Positions 42,902 to 51,246 of a DNA stretch of 51,246 nucleotides are shown here, piece after piece. The position numbers and the translations under genes are program-made. Under the pieces are notes generated by a model. The model saw nothing but the letters and a program-made list of their open reading frames with translations. It did no database searches and was not told the DNA's origin. The stretch's first letter is position 1. Each line of letters opens with the position of its first letter. The stretch is from the sequence record SRR20825006_173. One strand, given 5' to 3'.

Positions 42902-42935
42902 AAAACGCCGCGCAGTAGCAATTGCGCGGCGTTTT
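42902..42935. terminator. Bidirectional rho-independent terminator (ptsN / grpE)
   Basis: AAAACGCCGCGCA-N8-TGCGCGGCGTTTT. Confidence 0.85.
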
Positions 42936-42961
42936 ACGTTAAATTACAACAGGCAAGAGAC

Positions 42962-43603
42962 TTATTCCGGCTTTGTTTCGTCGCTTTCCCCGGAGGCCGG
43001 CGCTTCAGCCTTCGGGCCGCCTTTCGACACACCGACCATTGCGGGGCGCAGGACGCGGTCGCCGATCACGTAACCGGCCTGCACAACCTGAACCACCGTA
43101 TTCGACGGGAGATCCGGGTTCGGAACTTCAAACATTGCCTGATGGAAGTGTGGATCGAATTTCTCACCTTCCGCCTCGATTGGCTTAACACCGTGACGCT
43201 CAAGTGCCGAAAGCATTGAACGTTCTGTCATCTCGACACCTTCAATGAAGCCTGCGAGTTCGCCGCCACGTTTGTCTTCCGGAACAGCATCCAGCGCCCG
43301 GCGCAAATTGTCAGACACGCCCAGCATATCCCGGGCAAAGGCAGTGACGGAATACGCCTTGGCGTCTTTCACATCACGCGCGGTGCGGCGGCGCAGATTT
43401 TCCATTTCCGCGGCCAATCGCATCATCTGATCGCGCTGCTTTTCGTTCTCTTCGCGCAGAACATCCAGTGGATCGGGCTCGACTTCCGGGGACTTCTCTG
43501 AAGTCGCATCCGCTTCAGCGGCTTCGGCCTGAGCTGCTTCAAGGTCGATCACCGTTTCGTTGTTTTCTTCTTCAGCGGCGTTCTTCTTGTTTTCGTCGGT
43601 CAT
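42962..43603 (-). CDS. grpE: Nucleotide exchange factor GrpE
   Basis: [33 protein letters not shown]. Confidence 0.97.
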   Translation of the reverse strand: MTDENKKNAAEEENNETVIDLEAAQAEAAEADATSEKSPEVEPDPLDVLREENEKQRDQMMRLAAEMENLRRRTARDVKDAKAYSVTAFARDMLGVSDNLRRALDAVPEDKRGGELAGFIEGVEMTERSMLSALERHGVKPIEAEGEKFDPHFHQAMFEVPNPDLPSNTVVQVVQAGYVIGDRVLRPAMVGVSKGGPKAEAPASGESDETKPE

Positions 43604-43648
43604 GACGTCTCCGCAGGTTTGCTTTTGCTCTTGAAATCTCGTGACCCG

Positions 43649-43677
43649 ATATCGAGGTTCAGTCCTGAAAAATCAAG
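43649..43677 (-). promoter_or_regulatory. Putative RpoH-type promoter for grpE
   Basis: CTTGAT-N16-TCGATAT on the minus strand. Confidence 0.55.
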
Positions 43678-43702
43678 GCCCCGTCTTTCAGCTTGCACGC
43701 TT

Positions 43703-44791
43703 TCAGGAGCCTCGCGACAACTTGGAAAGCAGATTGGCCGTATAATCGACCATCGGCACCACCCGGGCATAATTCAGCCGTGTCGGCCCGATCACGCCAA
43801 CAGCACCGACAACCTGATTATCGCCGTCACGGTAAGGTGCAACAACCAGTGACGATCCGGAAAGCGAAAACAACTTGTTTTCCGAACCGATGAAAATTCT
43901 GACACCGGACCCGGTTTCGGCAAGGGTGATCAACTCGATCAGGCTGTCCTTTCGCTCCAGATCATCAAACAGCATCCGCAACCGATCAATGTCTGCCGCA
44001 TCCTCAACGCCTTCCAGGAGGTTAGCGCGACCGCGCACGATCAACCGCCCTGGGCTGCTCTCGTCGGCGCTGCCGGACCACACGGCCAGTCCACGCCCGA
44101 CGAGATCCTGCGATAAATGATCCAGTTCACGTCTCACATCATGCTTCAGCCGGGTCAGCACAGATTTCAGTTCCGGCAGTGTCTGTCCATTCAGATGCGC
44201 ATTCAAAAAGTTTGCCGCGGCCGTCAATTGCGATGAAGTGGTTCCCGCAGGCAGCTCAATGATCCGGTTTTCGACCTCGTTATGCTCACCGACAAGCACC
44301 GCCAAAGCCTTGGTTGGCTCAAGCCGGATGAATTCGACATGTTTCAGTATGGCATCGCTTTTCGATGTCATCACCAACCCTGCTCCGCGCGAAATGCCGG
44401 ACAGCATCTGGCTGGCCTCGTTCAGAAGGTTGTCCATAGGCTGCCCGCGCTGGACACCGCTCATATGCCGGTCAATCTCCGAACGCTCATTTTCGGCCAG
44501 ATCACCAACCTGCATGTAGGCATCTACGAAAAAGCGAAGGCCGCTTTCGGTCGGAAGCCGCCCGGCAGAAATATGCGGTGCATAAATCAGCCCGAGTTCT
44601 TCCAGGTCGCTCATCACATTGCGCACCGAAGCCGGCGACAATGACATCGGCAAAAGCTTGGAAAGATTGCGCGATCCGAGTGGCTCGCCTCTTTCGAGGT
44701 AGCTCTCGACGATGCTGCGAAACACCTCGCGAGAGCGATCATCAAGCGTTATGCCCGCTCTTTCATTCACCTTGCTTCGATCTGAATTCAT
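43703..44791 (-). CDS. hrcA: Heat-inducible transcription repressor HrcA
   Basis: SPASVRNVMSDLE, PHISAGRLPT, GVIGPTRLNY. Confidence 0.97.
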   Translation of the reverse strand: MNSDRSKVNERAGITLDDRSREVFRSIVESYLERGEPLGSRNLSKLLPMSLSPASVRNVMSDLEELGLIYAPHISAGRLPTESGLRFFVDAYMQVGDLAENERSEIDRHMSGVQRGQPMDNLLNEASQMLSGISRGAGLVMTSKSDAILKHVEFIRLEPTKALAVLVGEHNEVENRIIELPAGTTSSQLTAAANFLNAHLNGQTLPELKSVLTRLKHDVRRELDHLSQDLVGRGLAVWSGSADESSPGRLIVRGRANLLEGVEDAADIDRLRMLFDDLERKDSLIELITLAETGSGVRIFIGSENKLFSLSGSSLVVAPYRDGDNQVVGAVGVIGPTRLNYARVVPMVDYTANLLSKLSRGS

Positions 44792-44825
44792 GGTCCATCA
44801 ATGCTGAATGCCGTCATCCCCCTTT

Positions 44826-44853
44826 ATATAGTTACGGCGGCCAACTACGCAAT
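44826..44853 (-). promoter_or_regulatory. Possible RpoH-type promoter for hrcA
   Basis: ATTGCG-N16-CTATAT on the minus strand. Confidence 0.4.
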
Positions 44854-44888
44854 TTTTGTTTTCGGCTACCGGCTCAACCCGTTTTTCT

Positions 44889-44917
44889 TTGCAAATCCGG
44901 CTCGGCTTCCGTAGAAA
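44889..44917 (+). promoter_or_regulatory. Putative sigma70 promoter for the rph operon
   Basis: TTGCAA-N17-TAGAAA. Confidence 0.5.
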
Positions 44918-44948
44918 CGCGACAGCAAAGCAATGGAAGGATCAGGGT

Positions 44949-45671
44949 ATGCGGCCATCGGGCAGACAACTCAATCAGATGCGCAACGTCTCGTTCGAGC
45001 GCGGCTATTCCAAACACGCGGAAGGTTCCTGCCTCGTCAGGTTCGGCGATACCCATGTGCTGTGCACCGCCAGCCTCGAAGAGCGGGTGCCGCCGTGGTT
45101 AAGAAACGCCGGCAAAGGTTGGGTTACGGCAGAATACGGCATGTTGCCGCGCGCGACCGGAGACCGTATGCGCCGTGAAGCCTCATCCGGCAAGCAAAGT
45201 GGCCGCACCCAGGAAATCCAGCGTCTGATCGGCCGTTCACTGCGTGCCGTCGTTGACCTGGAAGCGCTCGGCGAACGCCAGATCAGTGTGGATTGTGACG
45301 TCATTCAGGCGGACGGCGGAACACGCACGGCTTCGATTACCGGTGCCTGGATTGCACTTTACGACTGCCTGAAGTGGATGGAAGCGCGCTCCATGGTCAA
45401 GACCGACAAGGTTTTGAAGGACCATGTCGCCGCAATTTCCTGCGGTATCTTCGCGGACCAACCGGTGATCGATCTGGATTATCTGGAAGATTCCTCGGCA
45501 GAAACAGACGCTAATTTCGTAATGACAGGAACCGGCGGGATCGTCGAAATCCAGGGCACTGCCGAAGGCAAACCCTTCAGTCAGGACGAGTTCCTGACCC
45601 TTATGGATCTTGCCCGAAACGGTATCGGTGATCTGGTAGAACAGCAAAAGAAAACCATCGCCGGAGAATAG
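44949..45671 (+). CDS. rph: Ribonuclease PH
   Basis: [41 protein letters not shown]. Confidence 0.98.
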   Translation: MRPSGRQLNQMRNVSFERGYSKHAEGSCLVRFGDTHVLCTASLEERVPPWLRNAGKGWVTAEYGMLPRATGDRMRREASSGKQSGRTQEIQRLIGRSLRAVVDLEALGERQISVDCDVIQADGGTRTASITGAWIALYDCLKWMEARSMVKTDKVLKDHVAAISCGIFADQPVIDLDYLEDSSAETDANFVMTGTGGIVEIQGTAEGKPFSQDEFLTLMDLARNGIGDLVEQQKKTIAGE

Positions 45672-45683
45672 GACGATCAAGCC

Positions 45684-46097
45684 GTGACAACCCCGATCAA
45701 AGGCATACTGGAAACTGCACTTTATGCCGACGACCTTGATGCCGCCGAGGCTTTTTACGGCAATATACTCGGGTTGGAGAAAATCACGCGGTCCGGTAAC
45801 CGTCATGTATTCTATCGTGTCGGTTCCGGCATCTTGCTGATTTTCAACCCGGATGAAACGGTTCACCCGGCAGCAGATGGTGCCCTGCCCGTTCCGGCTC
45901 ATGGTGCCAAAGGCGCAGGACATGCCTGCTTCCGGCTGGATGGCGATGATTTTGCCGCCATGATTGATCGGCTCAGGCTCAACGGAATAGAAATTGAGAG
46001 TGACTTTTCATGGCCGAATGGTGCTCGATCTATCTATTTTCGCGACCCGGCAGGCAATAGCCTCGAATGCGCCGAGCCCAGACTCTGGGGCCTTTGA
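45684..46097 (+). CDS. VOC/glyoxalase-family protein
   Basis: ILETALY.DDL..AEAFY, HGAKGAGH, SIYFRDPAGNSLE. Confidence 0.88.
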   Translation: MTTPIKGILETALYADDLDAAEAFYGNILGLEKITRSGNRHVFYRVGSGILLIFNPDETVHPAADGALPVPAHGAKGAGHACFRLDGDDFAAMIDRLRLNGIEIESDFSWPNGARSIYFRDPAGNSLECAEPRLWGL

Positions 46098-46106
46098 TTT
46101 CAGGAA

Positions 46107-46757
46107 ATGATGATGCGCAAACTGGATACGAAAACCATTGTTGTCGCCAGCCACAACGCTGGCAAAATCACAGAAATTGCTGAACTGATCGGCCCGCTGG
46201 GCTTTTCAGCGAAATCAGCCGCAGAGCTCAAATTCGAGGTACCGGATGAAACCGGAACGACATTTGAGGAAAACGCAGCCATCAAAGCTCTGGCCTCCGC
46301 TGAAAAATCAGGCCTGCCTTCACTGGCCGATGATTCCGGTATCTGCGTTGATGCACTGGATGGCCAGCCGGGCGTTTACACCGCCGACTGGGCAGAAAAA
46401 GCCGATGGAAGCCGCGATTTTACGATGGCGATGGAAAAGGTCGAAAATGCGCTTGCCGAAAAAGCGGCCACAGCGCCCGGGCAACGCACCGCACGCTTCG
46501 TCTGCGTTCTTTGTCTTGCATGGCCGGATGGACACACCGAAACCTTCCGTGGAGAGGTTGAAGGCACGTTGATATGGCCGCCCCGCGGCGACAAGGGTCA
46601 CGGTTACGACCCGGTTTTCCAGCCACTCGGCCACGATCGGACTTTCGGCGAAATGGACCCGGACGAAAAAGCGGTCGGTGGTCCGAATGATGGCGGCGCC
46701 CTGTCACATCGCGCACGTGCATTCCGCCTGTTTGTCGAAACGGGGCTTGCAAACTGA
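46107..46757 (+). CDS. rdgB: dITP/XTP pyrophosphatase (RdgB/HAM1)
   Basis: ASHNAGK, ETG.TF.ENA..KA, ADDSG, GYDPVF, SHRARA. Confidence 0.95.
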   Translation: MMMRKLDTKTIVVASHNAGKITEIAELIGPLGFSAKSAAELKFEVPDETGTTFEENAAIKALASAEKSGLPSLADDSGICVDALDGQPGVYTADWAEKADGSRDFTMAMEKVENALAEKAATAPGQRTARFVCVLCLAWPDGHTETFRGEVEGTLIWPPRGDKGHGYDPVFQPLGHDRTFGEMDPDEKAVGGPNDGGALSHRARAFRLFVETGLAN

Positions 46758-47944
46758 TCGCACACCCGCATGAGTACCGGACGCTGAACGGCGACGACGG
46801 CGAACCAGGCTTCGGCGTCTATCTGCACTGGCCCTTCTGTGCTGCCAAATGTCCCTATTGTGATTTCAACAGCCATGTCCGGCATAATGAGATTGATCAG
46901 CCTCGATTCGCCCGTGCCTTCGCGCGTGAAATAGATTACATGCGCCAGCTCTCGGGGCCGCGCACAGTCACCAGTGTTTTTATAGGTGGCGGAACTCCAT
47001 CGCTGATGCAACCGGAAACGCTGAGCGATATTCTCGACGCGGTTGCCAGCGCATGGCATGTGCCTGATGGCATCGAAGTGACGCTTGAGGCCAATCCATC
47101 CAGTGTTGAGGCGGAGCGCTTCAGGGGCTACCGTGCTGCAGGCGTCAACCGTGTTTCCATGGGCGTACAATCGCTTGACGACCGGCAACTGAAATTTTTG
47201 GGCCGGCTGCATAGCGTTGAACAGGCGCTGGGCGCCATCCGGCTGGCGCGTGAAATCTTTCCGCGCATGTCGTTCGATCTCATCTACGCCCGGCCCGGAC
47301 AAACCGACGATGAATGGAAAGCCGAACTGAACGAGGCGATCGATCTGGCTGCCGATCACCTGTCACTCTACCAGCTCACAATTGAAGAAGGCACGCCCTT
47401 TTATGCGCTGCACAAAGCAGGAAAGCTTACGATCCCCGACGATGATCAGGCTGCACGGCTTTATGAAATCACACAGGACATCACAGGCGATCGTGGCTTA
47501 CCCGCCTATGAGGTATCGAACCATGCCCGTCCAGGCGCTGAAAGCCGCCACAACCTTACCTATTGGCGCTACGGCGATTATGCGGGTATTGGCCCCGGTG
47601 CCCATGGCCGCCTGATGACGAACGGCCGGAAGATCGCAACATCCACCGAGCGCCATCCGGAAACATGGCTTGAAGGGGTTGAAGCGAATAATCACGGCAT
47701 GAATGAACAGTCCGAGCTGACGGCCGCAGAACAGGCGGACGAATTGCTGTTGATGGGGCTTCGTGTAAAAGAAGGCGTCGATGTTGCCCGCTGGTCATCC
47801 CTGTCCGGCAAGGCACTGGATCATGAACGTGAAAACTTTCTGCTTCAGCTTGGCCTGATCGAGCGGGTGGGCAACCACCGCCTTCGTGCCACGGATGAAG
47901 GTATGCTGCTCCTGAACCGTATCGTCACCGAGCTCTCGCAGTAA
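46754..47944 (+). CDS. hemW: Radical-SAM heme chaperone HemW; probable non-canonical CTG start
   Basis: Frame of the 46940 ORF extends upstream through [39 protein letters not shown] also present; start codon uncertain. Confidence 0.9.
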   Translation: MIAHPHEYRTLNGDDGEPGFGVYLHWPFCAAKCPYCDFNSHVRHNEIDQPRFARAFAREIDYMRQLSGPRTVTSVFIGGGTPSLMQPETLSDILDAVASAWHVPDGIEVTLEANPSSVEAERFRGYRAAGVNRVSMGVQSLDDRQLKFLGRLHSVEQALGAIRLAREIFPRMSFDLIYARPGQTDDEWKAELNEAIDLAADHLSLYQLTIEEGTPFYALHKAGKLTIPDDDQAARLYEITQDITGDRGLPAYEVSNHARPGAESRHNLTYWRYGDYAGIGPGAHGRLMTNGRKIATSTERHPETWLEGVEANNHGMNEQSELTAAEQADELLLMGLRVKEGVDVARWSSLSGKALDHERENFLLQLGLIERVGNHRLRATDEGMLLLNRIVTELSQ

Positions 47945-48053
47945 AGGCTCATCGTCAATTGTGATTGAAATACGGATTTGTTCGCGTTAAACGCGATATT
48001 GGTATAAACAAATACCATTCAAGGAACCATGAACCACTGTCGTCCGTTTGCCT

Positions 48054-48069
48054 TTAAATAGCTCTTAAC
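48054..48069 (+). promoter_or_regulatory. CtrA-type binding site
   Basis: TTAA-ATAGCTC-TTAAC, an exact TTAA-N7-TTAAC match. Confidence 0.6.
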
Positions 48070-48085
48070 CGCACTGGAATATGCC

Positions 48086-48433
48086 ATGGCTGGCTCAGCA
48101 TATACGCACAGAATGATCCGGGATCGCTTAAGCGCTGCGATCTGCATCATTTTTGCAGCCTACATGGGATATTTGGCCCATAGCGATGGCGTGGCGCTGG
48201 CGCCATCCATTTTTTATGGCGTTGCCGCCTTTGTGCTTCTGGCGGTTGTGCTGATGGTTCTCAGAAACTTTATCTACGCCCTGATTATCGCGGCCCTGAT
48301 CGTATGGGGGGCCCATCACATGGGCTATGGATGGGCCGACCAGATTGTCAATTACGTCGAGCAGCTTCTTGAACTCGGCTACCGTGAGTCTCTCAATCTG
48401 TTCCTGTCGGCGGACAAGCCGATCACCACCTGA
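48086..48433 (+). CDS. Hypothetical small membrane protein
   Basis: Three hydrophobic helices; fills the gap between hemW and convergent mnmA. Confidence 0.65.
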   Translation: MAGSAYTHRMIRDRLSAAICIIFAAYMGYLAHSDGVALAPSIFYGVAAFVLLAVVLMVLRNFIYALIIAALIVWGAHHMGYGWADQIVNYVEQLLELGYRESLNLFLSADKPITT

Positions 48434-48436
48434 AAT

Positions 48437-49630
48437 TCAGGCCGCAAGCCCACTCAGAAGGTTTTGCAAAGCCGTCTCTGCTTCGGGTGAACGCTCGGAG
48501 CGGGCAATGAACCCGCCACCGAATACGCGGGCGTCATTGCCAGGCGCATCGTAAAGCACACAAGCCTGACCGCTGGCGATCCCCGCCTCACCTTCCAGAA
48601 GATCGACGTAGACACCTTCATCATCGACATGCAGAACCACCGGCAGCGGTGGCCGCGTGGAGCGTACTTTGGCAAAGCACGAAACACCTTCTGCCGCTTC
48701 ATCCGTCAATGCCTTGTCGCCAAGCCAGTTCACGTCCCTCAGATAGATGCGCCTTGTTTCCAGTGCCTCACGTGGACCGACAACTACGCGACGGTTTCTG
48801 GCATCCAGATAAACAACGTAAAGCGGTTCGCCTGTCGCCACGCCAAGTCCTTTGCGCTGGCCGATCGTGTAACGCACAATACCGTCATGCTGCCCAAGGA
48901 CGCGGCCATCAAGGTGCACGATATCGCCACCAAGATTGGCATCCGGCTTCAGCTTGGCAATCACATCGGAATATTTGCCCTGTGGTACAAAACAGATATC
49001 CTGACTGTCAGGCTTATCTGCAACAACAAGTCCCATTTCTTCTGCCAGCTTGCGCGTTTCGGATTTAGGCAGGCCCCCCAGCGGGAAGCGCAGAAAATCG
49101 ATCTGTTCCTGCGTCGTCGCGAACAGAAAATAGCTCTGGTCACGCTCGGCATCGACCGGCCGGTAGAGCGCCCGCCGTCCCGGGTTGTCGGGTGACGGAT
49201 TGTGCCTTGAACGAATGTAATGGCCCGTTGCCAGCGCATCAGCACCCAGCTCCCTTGCTGTGGTCAGAAGGTCAGCAAACTTGACGGTCTGGTTACACGC
49301 GACGCAGGGAATTGGCGTCTCACCCGCGATGTAACTTTCGGCAAACGGGTTGATCACCGTCTCACGAAAACGTTTTTCGTAGTCCAGCACATAATGCGGA
49401 ATGCCAAGCAGTTCCGAGACACGACGTGCGTCATCAATGTCCTGACCTGCACAGCATGAGCCAGCACGGTGCACAGCAGCACCATGATCATAGAGCTGCA
49501 ATGTTATTCCGAGGACATCATAGCCCTCACGCTTCAAAAGCCCGGCAACAACCGAGCTATCTACACCGCCAGACATCGCGACCACTACGCGCGTGTCTTC
49601 CGGCTTCTTGTCGATATCCAATGTATTCAT
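48437..49630 (-). CDS. mnmA: tRNA 2-thiouridine(34) synthase
   Basis: [44 protein letters not shown] 49630. Confidence 0.97.
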   Translation of the reverse strand: MNTLDIDKKPEDTRVVVAMSGGVDSSVVAGLLKREGYDVLGITLQLYDHGAAVHRAGSCCAGQDIDDARRVSELLGIPHYVLDYEKRFRETVINPFAESYIAGETPIPCVACNQTVKFADLLTTARELGADALATGHYIRSRHNPSPDNPGRRALYRPVDAERDQSYFLFATTQEQIDFLRFPLGGLPKSETRKLAEEMGLVVADKPDSQDICFVPQGKYSDVIAKLKPDANLGGDIVHLDGRVLGQHDGIVRYTIGQRKGLGVATGEPLYVVYLDARNRRVVVGPREALETRRIYLRDVNWLGDKALTDEAAEGVSCFAKVRSTRPPLPVVLHVDDEGVYVDLLEGEAGIASGQACVLYDAPGNDARVFGGGFIARSERSPEAETALQNLLSGLAA

Positions 49631-49742
49631 TGATCCGCCAGTCCAGTTCAAGGTTGGATGTGAATCTCATTTTAAGAGAGCTGAATGACAAAAGCAGGCG
49701 GCATTTTCATGACACCTGCCACATTCGGCTGTTTCGCCGGTG

Positions 49743-49771
49743 ATATAAAGACTTTCCCCACATCTGGCAAG
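49743..49771 (-). promoter_or_regulatory. Putative sigma70/sigma32-type promoter for mnmA
   Basis: CTTGCC-N17-TTATAT on the minus strand. Confidence 0.55.
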
Positions 49772-49796
49772 CGCGTCGTGCTGACCGTCCTGCCCA

Positions 49797-49843
49797 TAAA
49801 AAAGGCCCGGCTCCGCACTGCGGAAACCGGACCAGCTACACCC
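49797..49843 (-). terminator. Rho-independent terminator of serA
   Basis: Minus strand GGTCCGGTTTCCGC-AGT-GCGGAGCCGGGCC followed by TTTTTT. Confidence 0.8.
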
Positions 49844-49862
49844 AAGTCTTATCAGAACAGGA

Positions 49863-51245
49863 TTACTCGACGTTGAACTTCAGAGGTTTGGCCTGTTTGA
49901 TCGCGTCGTTAGCCAACAGGTCGTCGAGAACTGCCTGTTTCGGCTGATCATCGACATAAAGCAGAGCGATGGCATCGCCGCCTTCGTTGTCACGTCCCAG
50001 CTGGAAGTTGGCGATGTTAACACCGGCCTTACCAAGCGTGGTTCCCATGAAGCCGATCATGCCGGGCACATCGGTATTGGAGATATAGATCATGTTGCGA
50101 CCGACATCGGCATCCATATTGATGCCCTTGATCTGGATGAAACGCGGCTTGCCATCGGAGAATACCGTACCGGCAACCGAACGGGTCTGCTTTTCAGTGA
50201 TCACTGTCAACTTGATATAGCCGTCGTAAACACCTGATTTATCACGCTTTGTTTCCTGTAGAATGATGCCTTTATCTTTCACCATGATCGGCGCCGAAAC
50301 CATATTGACGTCGGCAACCAGCGGACGCAGCAGACCAGCCAGAAGCGCGCTTGTCAGCGCCGTCGTGTTCATTTCGGCAAAAACGCCGTCATACAGAACT
50401 TCGACTTCCTTGATCGCGTTTTCGGTCACCTGACCAGCGAATTCACCAAGCACTTCAGCAAGCTTGACCACCGGCTTCAGGCGCGGTGCCTCGTCAGCGG
50501 AGATTGACGGCATGTTCAGTGCGTTGGTGACGGCTCCCTTCAGCAGGTAATCCGACATCTGATCGGCAACCTGAAGGGCCACATTTTCCTGCGCTTCCGT
50601 GGTCGAGGCACCCAGATGCGGCGTGCAGACAACGTTTGGCAGGCCGAAAAGCGGGCTCTCTGTTGCAGGCTCGGTTTCAAACACGTCAAAACCTGCGCCC
50701 GCGACCTGACCGGATTTGATCGCCTCGGCAAGCGCGGCTTCATCAACCAGACCACCACGGGCGCAATTGATGATACGAACACCTTTTTTGGTCTTGGCCA
50801 GCGCTTCGGCATTCAAAATACCGCGGGTCTTGTCGGTCATCGGCACATGAAGCGTGATGAAGTCAGCCTTCGCCAGAAGTTCGTCCAGATCAACCTTGGT
50901 GACACCGATCTTTTCAGCGCGTTCTTGAGACAGAAAGGGGTCGTAGGCAATCACGTTCATCTTCAGGCCAAGAGCACGGCTGCAGACAATCGAACCGATA
51001 TTACCCGCACCGATCACACCCAGTGTTTTGCCGGTGATCTCGACACCCATGAACTTCTTCTTTTCCCATTTTCCAGCCTGCGTGGAGACGTCAGCAGCCG
51101 GGATCTGACGGGCAACAGCCAACATCAGGGAAATGGCATGTTCAGCGGTCGTGATCGAGTTGCCGAACGGGGTGTTCATGACGATGATACCGCGGCGGGA
51201 AGCCGCCGGGATATCAACATTGTCGACACCGATACCGGCGCGACC
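49863..51245 (-). CDS. serA: D-3-phosphoglycerate dehydrogenase, 5'-truncated by window edge
   Basis: RAGIGVDNVD, GAGNIG, NCARGG, PHLGAST, C-terminal ACT domain. Confidence 0.96.
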   Translation of the reverse strand, partial: GRAGIGVDNVDIPAASRRGIIVMNTPFGNSITTAEHAISLMLAVARQIPAADVSTQAGKWEKKKFMGVEITGKTLGVIGAGNIGSIVCSRALGLKMNVIAYDPFLSQERAEKIGVTKVDLDELLAKADFITLHVPMTDKTRGILNAEALAKTKKGVRIINCARGGLVDEAALAEAIKSGQVAGAGFDVFETEPATESPLFGLPNVVCTPHLGASTTEAQENVALQVADQMSDYLLKGAVTNALNMPSISADEAPRLKPVVKLAEVLGEFAGQVTENAIKEVEVLYDGVFAEMNTTALTSALLAGLLRPLVADVNMVSAPIMVKDKGIILQETKRDKSGVYDGYIKLTVITEKQTRSVAGTVFSDGKPRFIQIKGINMDADVGRNMIYISNTDVPGMIGFMGTTLGKAGVNIANFQLGRDNEGGDAIALLYVDDQPKQAVLDDLLANDAIKQAKPLKFNVE

Positions 51246-51246
51246 G

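Noticed and set aside
43604..44948. CIRCE operator near hrcA/grpE
   Set aside because: No TTAGCACTC-N9-GAGTGCTAA found in either intergenic region
47945..48085. Replication origin in the AT-rich spacer after hemW
   Set aside because: Only about 140 bp long, with no DnaA boxes (TTATCCACA) seen and no dnaA or hemE adjacent
1..51246. Mobile elements, prophage, CRISPR arrays, toxin-antitoxin or defence systems
   Set aside because: No transposase, integrase, phage, cas or repeat-spacer patterns seen; nearly all the sequence is explained by core genes

Overview
This 51-kb window is almost entirely core chromosome of an alphaproteobacterium of the Rhizobiaceae type (inferred from gene order and protein sequences). 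The gene order is dapD(partial)-dapE, truA-fmt-def, rmuC, ribokinase/nucleoside hydrolase, hsp20, trmB-metK-XRE-lnt-CBS-ybeY-phoH-miaB-olsA-fur-rimI-tsaB-nfuA-usp-trpS-murJ-glnD-mutS-olsB-lspA-two methyltransferases-lapA-ihfB-sppA, lptCAB-rpoN-hpf-ptsN, grpE-hrcA, rph-VOC-rdgB-hemW, mnmA and serA(partial). I found no mobile element, CRISPR array, tRNA, rRNA or defence system, and I cannot support a wholly new multi-gene system here. The accessory content is small: a Cys-rich lipoprotein plus a stripped-down arsC-arsH pair behind a perfect 12-bp palindrome, and an orphan membrane protein behind a perfect CtrA-type box. The best leads are small-scale. (1) hemW has no in-frame ATG/GTG/TTG ahead of its radical-SAM motif and appears to start at a CTG overlapping the rdgB stop. 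(2) A reverse-oriented consensus sigma54 site lies inside the rpoN promoter. (3) A 17-codon uORF may be coupled to hpf. (4) A Pho box lies before olsB, a SahR-like palindrome before metK, and a LexA-like box before rmuC. (5) A promoter, SD and mini-ORF run antisense into lspA.
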